A DNA stretch of 62,440 nt, the filler included, from Diploschistes diacapsis (lineage: Eukaryota), in the NCBI GenBank assembly GCA_023645945.1. It is 8 parts of 8 records of this genome, joined end to end, with 100 filler letters (N's around TTAATTAATTAA, not from the genome) between each part and the next. Parts side by side here need not be neighbours in the genome. Positions count along the whole stretch, not along the records: positions 1 to 27,290 come from JALAIB010000163.1; 7 more parts are not named here. The stretch is one strand, 5' to 3'. The translations under genes and the position numbers were made by a program. Shown one piece after another: positions 1 through 11,445 of the stretch. The notes below the pieces were generated by a model. It made no database searches. It saw only the letters and a list, made by a program, of their open reading frames with translations, and was not told where the DNA came from. Position 1 is the stretch's first letter; every line of letters begins with the position of its first letter.

Positions 1-267
1 GGTTAGATGAGAGGGAACGGGGAATGGGGGGTGGTGAGTTAGATCGAGGAAGCAATATGAAGGGACTAAGAAGGTGGGGAGGGGGAGATGAGGTGGATTT
101 CGATATAGGGAAAACTTGCTTGGAGAAGGTGGGGGATGCGGGAACTTGTTCGGCGCGAGTAGGATGCTTCCCCAAATCAACATAATTGAAATCACTTTAC
201 AGAATATTGGCGAAATGCACATGTATCCATTACTCTACATCACTCACATTAATCGTTAGACGCATGA

Positions 268-428
268 GCGCATCGCTTCGTCTAAGGCCTACTTATGTCT
301 CTATCCAAACCCCAATCAATGCGCATCGCTTCGTCCAAAGCTTCTTTATCTTGATCAAAAGCCCCATTCAGTCGCATCACTTCGTCTAAGGCCTCCTCCT
401 CATCTGTATCCAAACCCCAGCCAACGCC
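268..428. repeat. Degenerate tandem repeat, 3 x ~53 bp
   Basis: Unit cgcatc(g/a)cttcgtc(t/c)aa(g/a)gc...tatccaaacccc recurs near 268, 321 and 373, just downstream of the minus-strand gene ending at 455. Confidence 0.75.
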
Positions 429-454
429 AGTGCAACCACACTAGCAAGCGGTAG

Positions 455-1921
455 TCATAACTCCCGCTCCTGCTCTTCGAGCGGATCACCCAGGCTCTTC
501 TCCCATTCGAGCATCAAATGCGAGGCCGTCCTTGTCAGATGGCTGGGCGACAGTCTCTGCAGTGCCGGCCAGGGTATTTGGTCCAGATTGACGCTGCGTC
601 TTTTGTCTTTGGCGGCATCTGAGCTGCTAGAGTACATTAGATGACTCGGCCTCGAGTTGGTGGGAGTAGGCGTTACTTACCTGAGGCTAGAACGAGGAGT
701 ACTTAGCGCGGTGTTACTAGAGGCAGATGCAAACTCTTTGGACGGCGGCGAGCCCCAGTTTGACCAGCCTTCATCGTCGTCATCATTTGCTGCTGTTGCT
801 ATTTTCGGGGTCGTGGACTCGAACGTTGAAGTTTGTTTCTTTTCCACTTTCTCTGCTAGCGAATGAGTTTGGGGGGAAGCTGGTATGATATTCCGGGGGG
901 CACTCTGCGCTGGCAGCGACGCTGTTGGGGAGAGCTCTGCAGAGAAAGCTGAGATCGCAAGATCTTTTACAGAAGGCTTCTTGCAAGGTTGCGCAGCGGT
1001 TCTGTTAGGTGTTTTGTGTTCTTTGCTCTTGCTGCCATTTCTCGCCGTAGGTCCTTCAAGCGCAGTTCCGATCTGCCTAGACCTCGCCGCCGTTAGAGCT
1101 TCGTCGCCGACCGTGGCTTGCCGTATGTCTTCGAAGAAAGTCCAGAAGCCGTCCTTGAGGTCTCCCACGAATTGTTTGCCGGTGTAAACCAAGTCATCCT
1201 TTGTGCCTCTCGAATTATGCGTCATGGCTGGGGGATTGGTAGACACTCTTGGTATGGCTGTCTTGGGCACAGCACCGTTCCTGCTTTCCCAGGTACTTCT
1301 TGTAGGTCTCGGGTCGCTGCTATGGTTTTCCAAGCTCGTCGGTGACAAGAGGCTCAACGTGCGTGTATGCCTCCCCCCTTCAAATACAGTCCTTTGAGGC
1401 TGCCTTGTTCGAATGGAAATGGCTCTTCTTCCATTATCCTCCCCCGTGATAGTTTGGCTCGCATTGGCTTGTGCTGGAACGGTGAAGCAGTCCTTCTTCG
1501 GGCTCTTCAACGGCCTTAAAGGCTCCACATGTCGTATTTCATTCCTCTTCTTCGTAGCTTCGTGCACCGCCCACTGCTTCTTCAGCTTCGTCAAGTCCAA
1601 CTCAGCTTTCTCTAGCTCCTCCTTCAGTTCAAGTACTCTGCGCTCTTGGGCGGCTAAAGCCGTGAGGAAGTCATTGGCTTCTGATGCAGTAGATTTGGGA
1701 GGAATTTGCTCTGCTGAAAGCGTTGACAATACGGGAGAAGCTAGGGTGGAGGAGGTCAAAATATCTTTGACATTGTCGTTTCCTTGGAGGCGAAGCTGAA
1801 GTGAAAAACGCTTCATGTTCCGAACATTGACTTGCTCGGGGGCTGGATCTTGCAAGCGTGGCGGGAGGGGCGGAGGTGGCATTTCCGAGTGCCTGGGTGG
1901 GGGATCCTGCGTCGCTTTCAT
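455..1921 (-). CDS. Conserved fungal coiled-coil protein (DUF4048-like), 2 exons
   Basis: Likely ATG at 1921 (MKATQD). Motifs FLTALAAQERRVLELKEEL..LKKQW, GRHTRTLSLLSP and DLKDGFWTFFEDIRQATVG. An intron at ~627-680 (GTAAGT, CTAAT, TAG) joins the terminal exon IPWPAL..SPSHLTRTASHLMLEWEKSL. Confidence 0.75.
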
Positions 1922-2326
1922 GGTGTCACTTCTCCAGCGAAGCTGTAATCTAATAGGACCTTTGGAGAACGAAACTTGGATCAATTGGGGCTCAACTCTA
2001 TCCTCAAGCTGCACCGAGACCCATTCAGGGCTTCGCCCGAGCAGCTGGGTCGATAAAGCGGGTAAAAGATGTATTGGCTGTCTCGTGACGCTAGCGAGCA
2101 CACTGGTGAGCACGAGGATCGCGAACAGGGTGGTGGGGATAACGAGGAGTGTCATCGAAGCTTTGATCGAGTCGTAACATCCATGATGCAAAAAGGATAC
2201 ATGTAGTGAATGATGAACGAAGCGGGTGATGAATCTAAATCTTTTATGAACAACCAGCAGAACGAGTGTTGAATATTGATCAATGAAACGAAGCGAAGTA
2301 AATAAAAGAATTCGAAGCGGAACAAT

Positions 2327-2359
2327 GCACCACCGTTGCACCACCGTTGCACCACCGTT
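2327..2359. repeat. 11-bp tandem repeat (gcaccaccgtt)x3
   Basis: Three perfect copies read directly from the sequence. Confidence 0.85.
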
Positions 2360-2667
2360 ACCCACGACCTCCTCGTGGCGCGGTTTCATTTCTCTATGAA
2401 AATGACAGACTTTGATTGGACGGGTTTCTGACAAGACGGGGGTCAGCAGTCCGGGGGAGCTTCTGGATTCTCTCAAGACAGGGGGAGGGAGCTTTGTTCT
2501 CGTAGCAACAGCTCCTTCGATTTGAGATTGCGAGTGTTGTTCTAGTCAGATTTTAGCACGCAGCGAGTTTAGCACCATCTCCGACAATTCTACAAACATC
2601 TCAGGCGTGCGATTCTCGCTCAAAGTCGGCACCTTTCATCTATCTATTCTCGCACGGCCTTCCTTCG

Positions 2668-3991
2668 CTATAACAACGCCCCCTCCCTCCCCGCAAATCC
2701 CCCGCAGACGGCCTCGAGTAGCTGGTTCGCGATCGCCGTCTTTGGCGGCAGCCTCAGCCTCGTGCCCTTTACGTTCTCCGGGTTATTATCCAGCTCATCC
2801 AATCGCCCAGTGCCCGTTCTCAAGGCCTCCCTGACCTCCTCCACTGAAAACCATTGCGCCTTCTCCAACTCCTTATCGTTCAACATGATTTCCTCCCCAT
2901 CGGGTATGGCCTGCCCCACGGCGCCGATCATCAAGCTATTGGGATACGGCCACGGCTGCGTACTATGAATGACGACGCGCCCAAGCCGGACGCCGGACTC
3001 CTCCAGGACTTCTCTTCGGACAGCCTCTTCGACGGACTCGGCGGGCTCGACGAAGCCAGCGAGGCAGCTGTACCAATTCGGTGGGAAACGTGTCTGCCTG
3101 CCGAGGAGGATGCGTGTCGAGTCGGAGGAGATGCATGCCATGATGACTGTGGGGTCTGTGCGTGGGAAGGCGAGGTTGGAGATACCGTGACGAGTAGCGC
3201 AGTCCGCCCGCTTGTGAGGCGTTTCGGCGGTAGTGCTGCCAATGGCGCCGGATTGAGTGAGAGAGGCCATATCAGCGGGCGGGCACGTGCGCTTGTAACC
3301 AGCATTTATGGAAAGCGTGGGTTGTCCACATCCTGCACAGAAGGGGCTGCGAGAATTCCAATCGATCATGCTACGAGATTGCGCAACTATTGCGCCTTCA
3401 TGCGCTGGAAAGCTCACATGCGTTCGGCCTCCCATAAATGTCAAGCCTGCTGATTTCTTGGATGATATAAGGCTTTCGCAGGCGGATGCGATGGTGCCTT
3501 TTGGCGTGACATCCAAGGCGAAGAATGGTCGGCCGGTATATGAGTTGTATGTGAAAGGTGGCGAGGAATCTGAAGACTTCCGCTCATCAAGGCCGAGAAA
3601 GACAAGCTGTGGTATGGTCTTAGCCGAGTCGTAGGACTGAACGAGCTCATCTTCTGTCTGCGCGTACGGATCCTCACCAATTACACCGCGTACGTCGGTA
3701 TAGGAGGAGTATGCAAGCTTGGTAGTGTCATGCGCCAATGGTGAAAGACTATTGAGAAGCACGAAGGCGGTAGAGGGGTGTCTGACGGCATCTGAGAGGA
3801 ATTTGTTGTCCGTTCGAAGCCATGCAAAACGATTCAAAGGCGACCCTGAGCATTGGGTTAATCCTCGTTGCCTCAAGATATCTCATCCACATACCTGCGA
3901 AATAGTTTGTCACTTCCCTGCCGAATTTGCGGGTCAGCATCGAATCCAGATTTGCATGCGCGGCCTCAGGAAGGTCAGGTTGCTGGGACAT
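2668..3991 (-). CDS. NPY1: NADH pyrophosphatase / NAD-capped RNA hydrolase (NudC/NUDT12 family), 2 exons
   Basis: Exon 1 is MSQQ..SMLTRKFGREVTNYFA; intron ~3846-3894 (GTATGT..CAG). Zinc ribbon FCAGCG, FPRTDP, Nudix box GFVEPAESVEEAVRREVLEESG and the NudC signature TQPWPYPNSLMIG. Confidence 0.93.
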
Positions 3992-4603
3992 TTTGGATCG
4001 AATGAAATCGTGAATGCCAGTGTGAGTTCTCAGCAGGATTCAAATCAGCTCCCCTCTGTAAATCCTCGCTCCTCCCAGAAGCCAATTTAACGCACTCAGC
4101 AAGGTGATGATCAATCATTGAACGGGAAATCCGGGAGATCGGCATGCAGCTGGATGATCAAACCAAAACGGAGGATTCCTTCCACCACTGCCCAAGAACG
4201 CGATTAGATAAGCCCGAGCTTGGGCCGGTGAACAAAGGACGCACACACAACTTATCAAAAGCTGTTACTAGCACAATCAGTATTAGCATCTTGTACAAAC
4301 GCTGCACGTAAGATTTCCACTTGTGGCATTGGTCCAAAGAGACCTCGAAGGACAAGGTGAGGACAAGGATTTGTTATCTGCATTTTGCTAGTAGATACAT
4401 AGATCATGATGATATAATGAGCGGAGTGCTTCAGAGCCCGAAAGCTAACATAAGCTAACATATAATAAACGCAATTTCATAACGCATCCATCGGACTCAT
4501 TCACATACATCGCTATCGCCATCGCCACCGACATCCTTCCAGTGCGCCAACCTATACTTCCGGCTGAATGTTATCGAGTTCACGTTCTTGATGGCGATTG
4601 TGC

Positions 4604-5647
4604 TCAAGACCAGAACCAACCCCCTTTCTTCTTTTCTTTATCTTCCGGTTCAGAAAGGGTTGATCCTGGAGGCTTCGTAGTATGCCGATTTCGAGTATCG
4701 TCCAGTATGCCCGCCGAGGGCTTGTTACGCGGCGCCTGCACCTCCTCGCTTTCATTGCTCTCCTCGCTCCCGTCCGCAAAGCGCTTCTTCAGCACCTTCT
4801 TCGTGCGCACCGAGCCGTCCGGCATTGTGACTCGCTCCGTGGTGGTGAGGGTGGAGATAACGGAGGGTTGTTGCGTCTGCTGCGACGGTGCCGCGCGCTC
4901 AGGTTCTCGCGAGGACTCTGCCGTTGGCGCTGATAGTGTAGGCTGGTCCCGGGTTTCTGACGGACTTTCACTCCCAAGCCCTAGCATCCGCTCGTACATG
5001 TCTAGTTCTGTTCTCGCCTCTTCTTCCTCGTTTCTGTCGTAGTCTAAATTGTCCCGTCTTGAATTCAACGCCCCCGCCTCATCCGCGAAGGCCCTACTGA
5101 ATGCTCGGAGATGCTCGACCGCATCTGCTGCGACACCCAATGCACCAAGGATTGGAGGAACCGGGCACGGCTCCCTCGCCCTTTGCTCTACCATCTTTGC
5201 CCATCTTGGTACATAATGGTCCCGCCATTCACTTTTGCTTAGGGTCGTCGCCGAGGATGTAAGCCGCCTTCCTTCGCTCGCATCCATCAGATCTGCAAAT
5301 GCCTGCCGCCATAGAGGCCCGAACATTTTCAGATGTGGATCGCTTTCGACATTAAGAGGAGAATAGGGTGATTCGCTCAGGAAGGTTGTGACCGCAGCCT
5401 CCCCACTTATAAGATTCTGACCTTGGTGGTCATGAGGGTGTTCGCGCCAACCCTCCCTCACTTTTCCGATCGATTCTTCACGAGGCCAGCTTCGCGGATC
5501 CGTGAGCGCCGAGGGAAGTCCTAGTATCGACTGCAGTATGCAAGACATTTGCTCGTCAAGGCAGCGCTGAAAGGAAGTAAACTGGTTGTCGAAAGAGTCA
5601 GTGCATATCCTTCGATTGCTGGTATCGTTTTCTTTTGAAGGCGACAT
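4604..5647 (-). CDS. Conserved hypothetical fungal protein (347 aa)
   Basis: ATG at 5647 (MSPSKE). Contains SPYSPL, WRQAFADL, TELDMYE, TLTTTERVTMPDGSVRTKKVLKKRFADG and a C-terminal KKKGGWFWS, a pattern I recall from an uncharacterised Pezizomycotina family. Confidence 0.75.
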   Translation of the reverse strand: MSPSKENDTSNRRICTDSFDNQFTSFQRCLDEQMSCILQSILGLPSALTDPRSWPREESIGKVREGWREHPHDHQGQNLISGEAAVTTFLSESPYSPLNVESDPHLKMFGPLWRQAFADLMDASEGRRLTSSATTLSKSEWRDHYVPRWAKMVEQRAREPCPVPPILGALGVAADAVEHLRAFSRAFADEAGALNSRRDNLDYDRNEEEEARTELDMYERMLGLGSESPSETRDQPTLSAPTAESSREPERAAPSQQTQQPSVISTLTTTERVTMPDGSVRTKKVLKKRFADGSEESNESEEVQAPRNKPSAGILDDTRNRHTTKPPGSTLSEPEDKEKKKGGWFWS

Positions 5648-5998
5648 AGCGTCGAAGGGCCGCGTGAAGTAAGTTTCAACAGTTTTCGGAGAATCAAGAG
5701 TCAGGTACAGATAGAGAGAGTACTGTTGAAAAGGTGCTTCGAAACTTGGAAAGAGTCGAGAAAGGCGCGTAGTTTGATGGGGCAAAGGATTTTCAGGGTG
5801 GCAGAGCCGACCAAAAGATCCCGAGCGCACACTTGGGCTATATACCTAATTGGTCAACTATTAAAGCTCAGTGGAGCACCCAAATTCATGTATTTACAAA
5901 TGACATCTCTAACTATATCTTTGGTCCAATCATAATCATGAATACTTCCCCGCTTGAAATGCCGTACTGCCCATAACCACTCATTTGCTGCAGAACCC

Positions 5999-7091
5999 TC
6001 ACTTGGTCCTTTTGTAAATCTTCTTTAGAAAGCTCTCGAAAGCCTCTTTCTTCAGCCCTTGTGACTCATCGACCTGACTTATCATATGCCTTATCTCCTT
6101 CACCCTTTGCTCCTCATAGTCTTGGTACACTTGGTCGAGTTTCAGCTCCGCATACACCTCTTTCACTTTCTTCTCCTTCTGGTCGTCTTTACGACCATAA
6201 TTTTCATCCAAGATTTTTCTCTGCTGCTGCGAAGCAGACGCTAGCGCCTTGTTGATAACCCACGAACATTTGTTATCCTGAATATCTGTTCCGATTTTGC
6301 CGATCTGCTCTGGCGATCCATAGGCGTCAAGGTAATCGTCTTGTGCCTGAAAGTATTCGCCTAGTGGAATGAGGATCTTATGTGCCTGCTCCAGGTTTTT
6401 AGGGGTTGCCAGCTCGAGAAAGTGTAGTGCAAGAGCGACGGGTAGGTAGAAGCTATAGAAGGCTGTCTTGTAGACGACTATGAAGGAAAACTTTTGCATG
6501 GAGAACTTGTCAAGGTCGACGTGGTCTTCTGGAGCTGTTAGGAGATCGCAGAGCTGGCCTATCTCCGTCTGGAAAGAGGTCTCGTGAAACAACTCTATGA
6601 AGTCAACGTAGGCCGGATGCGAGCGGAAACGTGACTTGAGAATGTAATAAATGGATGATTCGAGTAGGAAGGCGTCATTGATGGCGACCATGCCCACTTC
6701 TGGCCTGCGAAACCAACATGGTTGGCCACGACGTGTATGAGACGAGTCCATGATGTCGTCTGATACCAGAAAGAAAGCTTGGAGAAGCTCCGTCAGCCAT
6801 CCTAGAGTCGCTGTGGCTTCAAATTGATCCGCAGTTAAGGATTTTCCAATCAAAATCGACGCAGTATCCACGACGGACATTCCACGGTTGTATTTCCCAC
6901 CGAGAGTATTGTAATTCAAGGCCTAAAAAAATTAGTGCAAGTCAATTGCATCGAGGTTCTGCATCGAGATCGATTACCTGTTCGAACCAGTCGACATTGG
7001 CCTGAGGAAGGCCGGTTTTTTGTACATGCTTTACCAAGTCCTGTACCAAAAAGGGAAAGATGCTTTCAAACTCATGTCGTGTTACAGGCAT
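5999..7091 (-). CDS. ERG20: Farnesyl diphosphate synthase, 2 exons
   Basis: Exon 1 [17 protein letters not shown]; intron 6923-6977. Motifs [22 protein letters not shown] (aromatic residues upstream, typical of C15 product), [39 protein letters not shown] and terminal KIYKRTK. Confidence 0.96.
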
Positions 7092-7695
7092 GTTAAAAGC
7101 TTAGTCTAGATAGAAAGCAGCTAATACCCCGATTCTGAGTCTCAGTAGAGGTCAATATGTAGTTGAAAGAATCTAACAGTGCCCTTCCCAGAATCGAGGA
7201 CGGGATAGATGATTTATTTGAACTCAGTGACATGATCTCGGAGCTCATTTGCCCGCTGCGGCTTTAGTTCCAAGCGAAACCCTACTTCAGCAGCGGCGCT
7301 AGCTATATCAAGTAGAAATTCAGGTACCCAATGCAAAACGCCGATGCAACGTTTCATCTTGTCACTGCATCAGGCTTATGTACAGCATGATGGTGTGCAA
7401 ACCAAGACAGTAGCAGATCGGCTTGCTTTGGGGAGTTTTGACGTACCTGCTGTATCTATGCAGTCGAAACGCTGCACAAATCTCCATTTCGGACACTACG
7501 TAATCTCAAAATTGTCCAAAGCAAGCAACTATGTCCATACACAAGTCCGAAATATACTCGGCTGTCAGATGCAATGTTTACATAGAATCAAACGCGCCTC
7601 TTCATGCAACGCGATATTCTGGAACTACGCACTACTTGGGGAGACTCGAAGGGCGTTCTAGCCCGGTACAAGACTTATAGTTCCCTGCAAATGTA

Positions 7696-10148
7696 TCAAG
7701 GAGTTGATGAGGCGGTCGTTCCATTAGGGACCTCAACGTAGGCAGCTGGTGGTGGACCCATGGGAGATGTGGGACCACTATTAATCCTTTTAGGGGTTTT
7801 CAGCGTCAGAGGGAACGGGTATTCGAAAGGATCCTCGTCCTCTCTGTACAGTGCCTGTTAGCTAGGATTGATCAGGTAAAACTGGCGAGAACTCACGGTA
7901 GCTTCCATGCAATATAGTCTTCCGTACTCAGACCTTCGTGCCCTTCTTGAACAGACGCAAAGTCACCAGGGGTCATCATTCCGGTTCGGTCTCGTGGGGA
8001 ACCAGGAACCGAGAGCGGCCTCGTCAACTTCGGTTCGTCTGCCCCGAAGAAGTAAGATTCGTCAAAGGTGTCTTCGAATGACGAAGGATATGCTTAACAA
8101 AGTCAGTGAGTTGCATACCCTGAATCCATTGATGTTCATACCGCGTCGTAAAGCAAGTTGCCGAGCCTTGACGTACTCCAAGCCCATACGCTTCCAATCC
8201 AGCAGATCACTCAGTCGCTCCGTCCTGTTCCTTTGGTTGATCCGCTGCCTTCGACTCTTTGCAGCAAACTCGTACATGAAATGTGTGAGCTGGTTGACCG
8301 AGTCATCGATACCCTTGGTCCTCCGGTCAACGATATAAATTCCATAATCCGAAGCATTCTCGATAAGTTCTTCCATGTAGCACCCAAAGCCAGACAAGTT
8401 TGTGGTAATGCTTGGAACGCCCATCACGGTGCATTCTGCTGGCGTATAGCCCCACGGCTCGTAGTACGAAGCAAAGACACCCATATGGGTACCACGGACA
8501 AAGTCATCATACTCAATGGGGAAGACCGGGTTGGCTGAGTTCAGGAATTCGGGGTGGAAGACGATCTTGACGCGATCCGACGGCTGGTTGAATAGCTGAA
8601 CTCTCCTGAGCTGGTTAAGGACTGGGTCGTCTGCATCGTTGGTCATGTTGTGGGTAACGATTGGCGGGAGGTTATTCCGCCGCATACCGAACAGACGGCG
8701 ACGAAGCATGATCTTATCGGAGCTACTCAGCAGGTCCTTCTCGTCAGGTATTTCTTCACCATCCCTCCACTGAAGGCAGCGTTCAATGAGTCGCTTTCCG
8801 ATAGAACTCGTGATGACGTCGACAGTATCGTGCAGAGACTTGATTACAGCTTGACCCTTCAAAGACTCCACGGTTAGCGATGTAGTCTGAGCTGGCATGA
8901 TTATAAATGCAACAATGGTCATTTTCGAACCCGCGACCTTGAGCCTATGGTTCAGCCTGGCCAGAGACTCAATGAACATATCCACCCCCTTATTTCGATA
9001 CTCATATCTGCCTGCTGTGAAGAAGTAAAGGGTATTCTCTTGATCAAAGTCATTGTGTCCGTAGAAGTGGCCACGCACGAAGTCATTGATCTTTTCCTTA
9101 GCTTGCGAATGAAGGTTCTGAAACTCATGCATTGCCGAGAACTTCTTGACATTCAGGCCGTTGGGCAAAACTCCGTCAGGCTTTCGTTTCAGCAGGTGCT
9201 CACTCTCGTAGGCCGTGATATGCGACACAGTTGTGAAGACATCGGCGGCGTGGGCAGAGGCTCTCTCAATGCAGTAGCGGTGATATATACCACGCTTACC
9301 AGCCTCCGCATCGACGTCAAAGTATTGAAGGTTGTTGTAGAAATCGACGGAGCCGGCGCAAAGATAGCGACCTAAGAGAGTTGCATGGGTGGTGAAGATG
9401 GTCGTCACATCTATCCGACGTCGTTTGGTAAGGGGCAGCGCGACGCCAGCGAGCCATTCATGGAAATGGGCTATGATGGCCTTTTTCTTTTCATGAGATA
9501 CGAACTGGGACTCGTCAGAGAGGCTGGACACGAAACATCTTACAGCTTACCTCGCCGAGGAACCATGCGATGAGATATCCGAAAACGACGGCTTCGTTAG
9601 TCTCCTCGTCTCCCGGAGGCGATGGGATGCCAGCGACACTCCATAAGTCCGCCTTCCATTCGTCTAACCACTGGTATCCAGTTTTGGTATCTATCAATAG
9701 TACACGTGGGGCTCCCTCTATCAGCCACCGGCCGTATAGGAGTCGTATGCCCCGGTTTTGCATGCTTGTAATTGTAGCCGCAAGTTCCGGATTGGTGGGA
9801 GTCAAGGGCTCGACTTCGACCGCGGCCTGTGATGCGTCGACGTTAACGCTTATACAAAATCTTTACTTGAAGTAGCTTACCGAAGCCCGGTTGAGAGGTC
9901 CAATGAGAGTATACCTGTCGCCGTACTCTGCTGTCGTAACTGGAGCTTTTGACTTGAGCACCGAGTAGATACCGCCGACTGCAATTGTGTGAGTTTTAAG
10001 CTTGAAACAGAGGGTCATTGCAGTATTTACCTCTGTTCGCCACCTCGGTAGCAATTTCGAATAGTAGATGGCCTTTAATCTCTCGGTTCTGGGAGGTCTC
10101 ATCACCTTTGGTGCCATTGGTATGGGATCCGGCAACACCGCCGTCCAT
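7696..10148 (-). CDS. GSY1: Glycogen synthase (GT3), 6 exons
   Basis: [57 protein letters not shown] and the C-terminal phosphosite region [15 protein letters not shown]. Intron donors near 10030, 9880, 9550, 8141 and 7896; TGA at 7696-7698. Confidence 0.95.
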
Positions 10149-11445
10149 TGTACCAAAGAGCCCTAAGCGTAGGGAAGACGCGTCGAATGTGTGTACAGCG
10201 GGATCAGAAGAAAGAATGAATAAAAGTAAAAGAAATCTATGTATGTTGGTGATTAGTATATGTATGCATTGAGCCCTAGGGAGTGTGTAAGGTAAGACTT
10301 GTGTAGTACTAGGTACAGTAGGAACTTGAAGCAGTTGGAGACAAAGAAAGGACTGCCGAAGAAGCTCTTGCTTGACCTTTCCCCACATCTCTTGGCCGGG
10401 CCTTTTTGCGAACCTCGAGTCCGGGCGTGGGGGCCTGTGACGACTTCCCACATTGTGAAATATGTTGGGCGTAGTTACCTTTTTCCACTTTGAGTTCCCT
10501 TCACTTCCTTTTACTTTGCTCTTGCAACATTGACTAATTTCTTGAGGGCCAATGTGAGGAGAACAAGGGATAGCGAGTGACAGAGAAACTCGAAAGGAAT
10601 TATGGGGTTGGGAACCGGGGTTTTAGGGTCGCCAAAGTAGCAGGATTGGGCGGCCAGCCAAGCTTATAAAAAATTTAAAGCTCTCAACGCTTTTGTGATG
10701 CCTCCGCCTTTATCAAGCTGATTCCTTGACGGTACTGTGATCCAAGAGATTATATTGGAATCTATATCTTCCGGCCTCCAAGCTGTGTGTTTTGCGTATT
10801 CCTTGTCATTGGTATCCAGTTTCATGGACTTTCGGAGATATGATGGACCGACCATCAGCTGTAAACAGCCTGATGAATAATTAGCGTTAAGCCACAATAT
10901 GTGGCGCTTCCCGAGCATCCTTGGCAGATCTATCAAAAACTGCGCCACATGAGTTGCCATGAGTCCATGACGCACTACAATCATCACTTTTCCTTAGACG
11001 CACAGTACAGTACTTGTATTGTATCGCTTCACTCTGTACAAAGGAACGGATTTTGGCAGCCCCAATCTACCTTGTACCGTGACTACTACTAGGTTCTCAC
11101 ACACGTGGCTGAAGCAACCGTAGGTAGTAGGTAGGCGCCACCACATGTCATTCCCTCTTTGCAAGTACGCAAGCATGTCGTATCCTGCCTTCACTCTTGC
11201 CTTGTCTTCCGCCGCGTTTCCCTTTATCTCTGTTATATCCAGTGTTCTACTCCCAGTAATTCTAACGGTTCTATTTCCTTCTTGTTCTCCTTAAGGTTCT
11301 TTCACTTCAATGCAGCTGGTAGCCGCTGCTACCTAGACGCTGCATGAGCCTTGTTGATAACCCCAGCGAGGCTGCTTTGATGTCGGGCTTTTCGTGAGCC
11401 TTGCAAAAACCTGTCTTTAAAGTCCTGACCTCAATCGAGCCCGTT

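Noticed and set aside
268..428. CRISPR-like repeat-spacer array
   Set aside because: The 'spacers' resemble each other, the context is eukaryotic and no cas genes are present.
1922..2476. N-terminal extension of ORF 677..2476
   Set aside because: TTG start with UTR-like composition; recognisable protein begins at ATG 1921.
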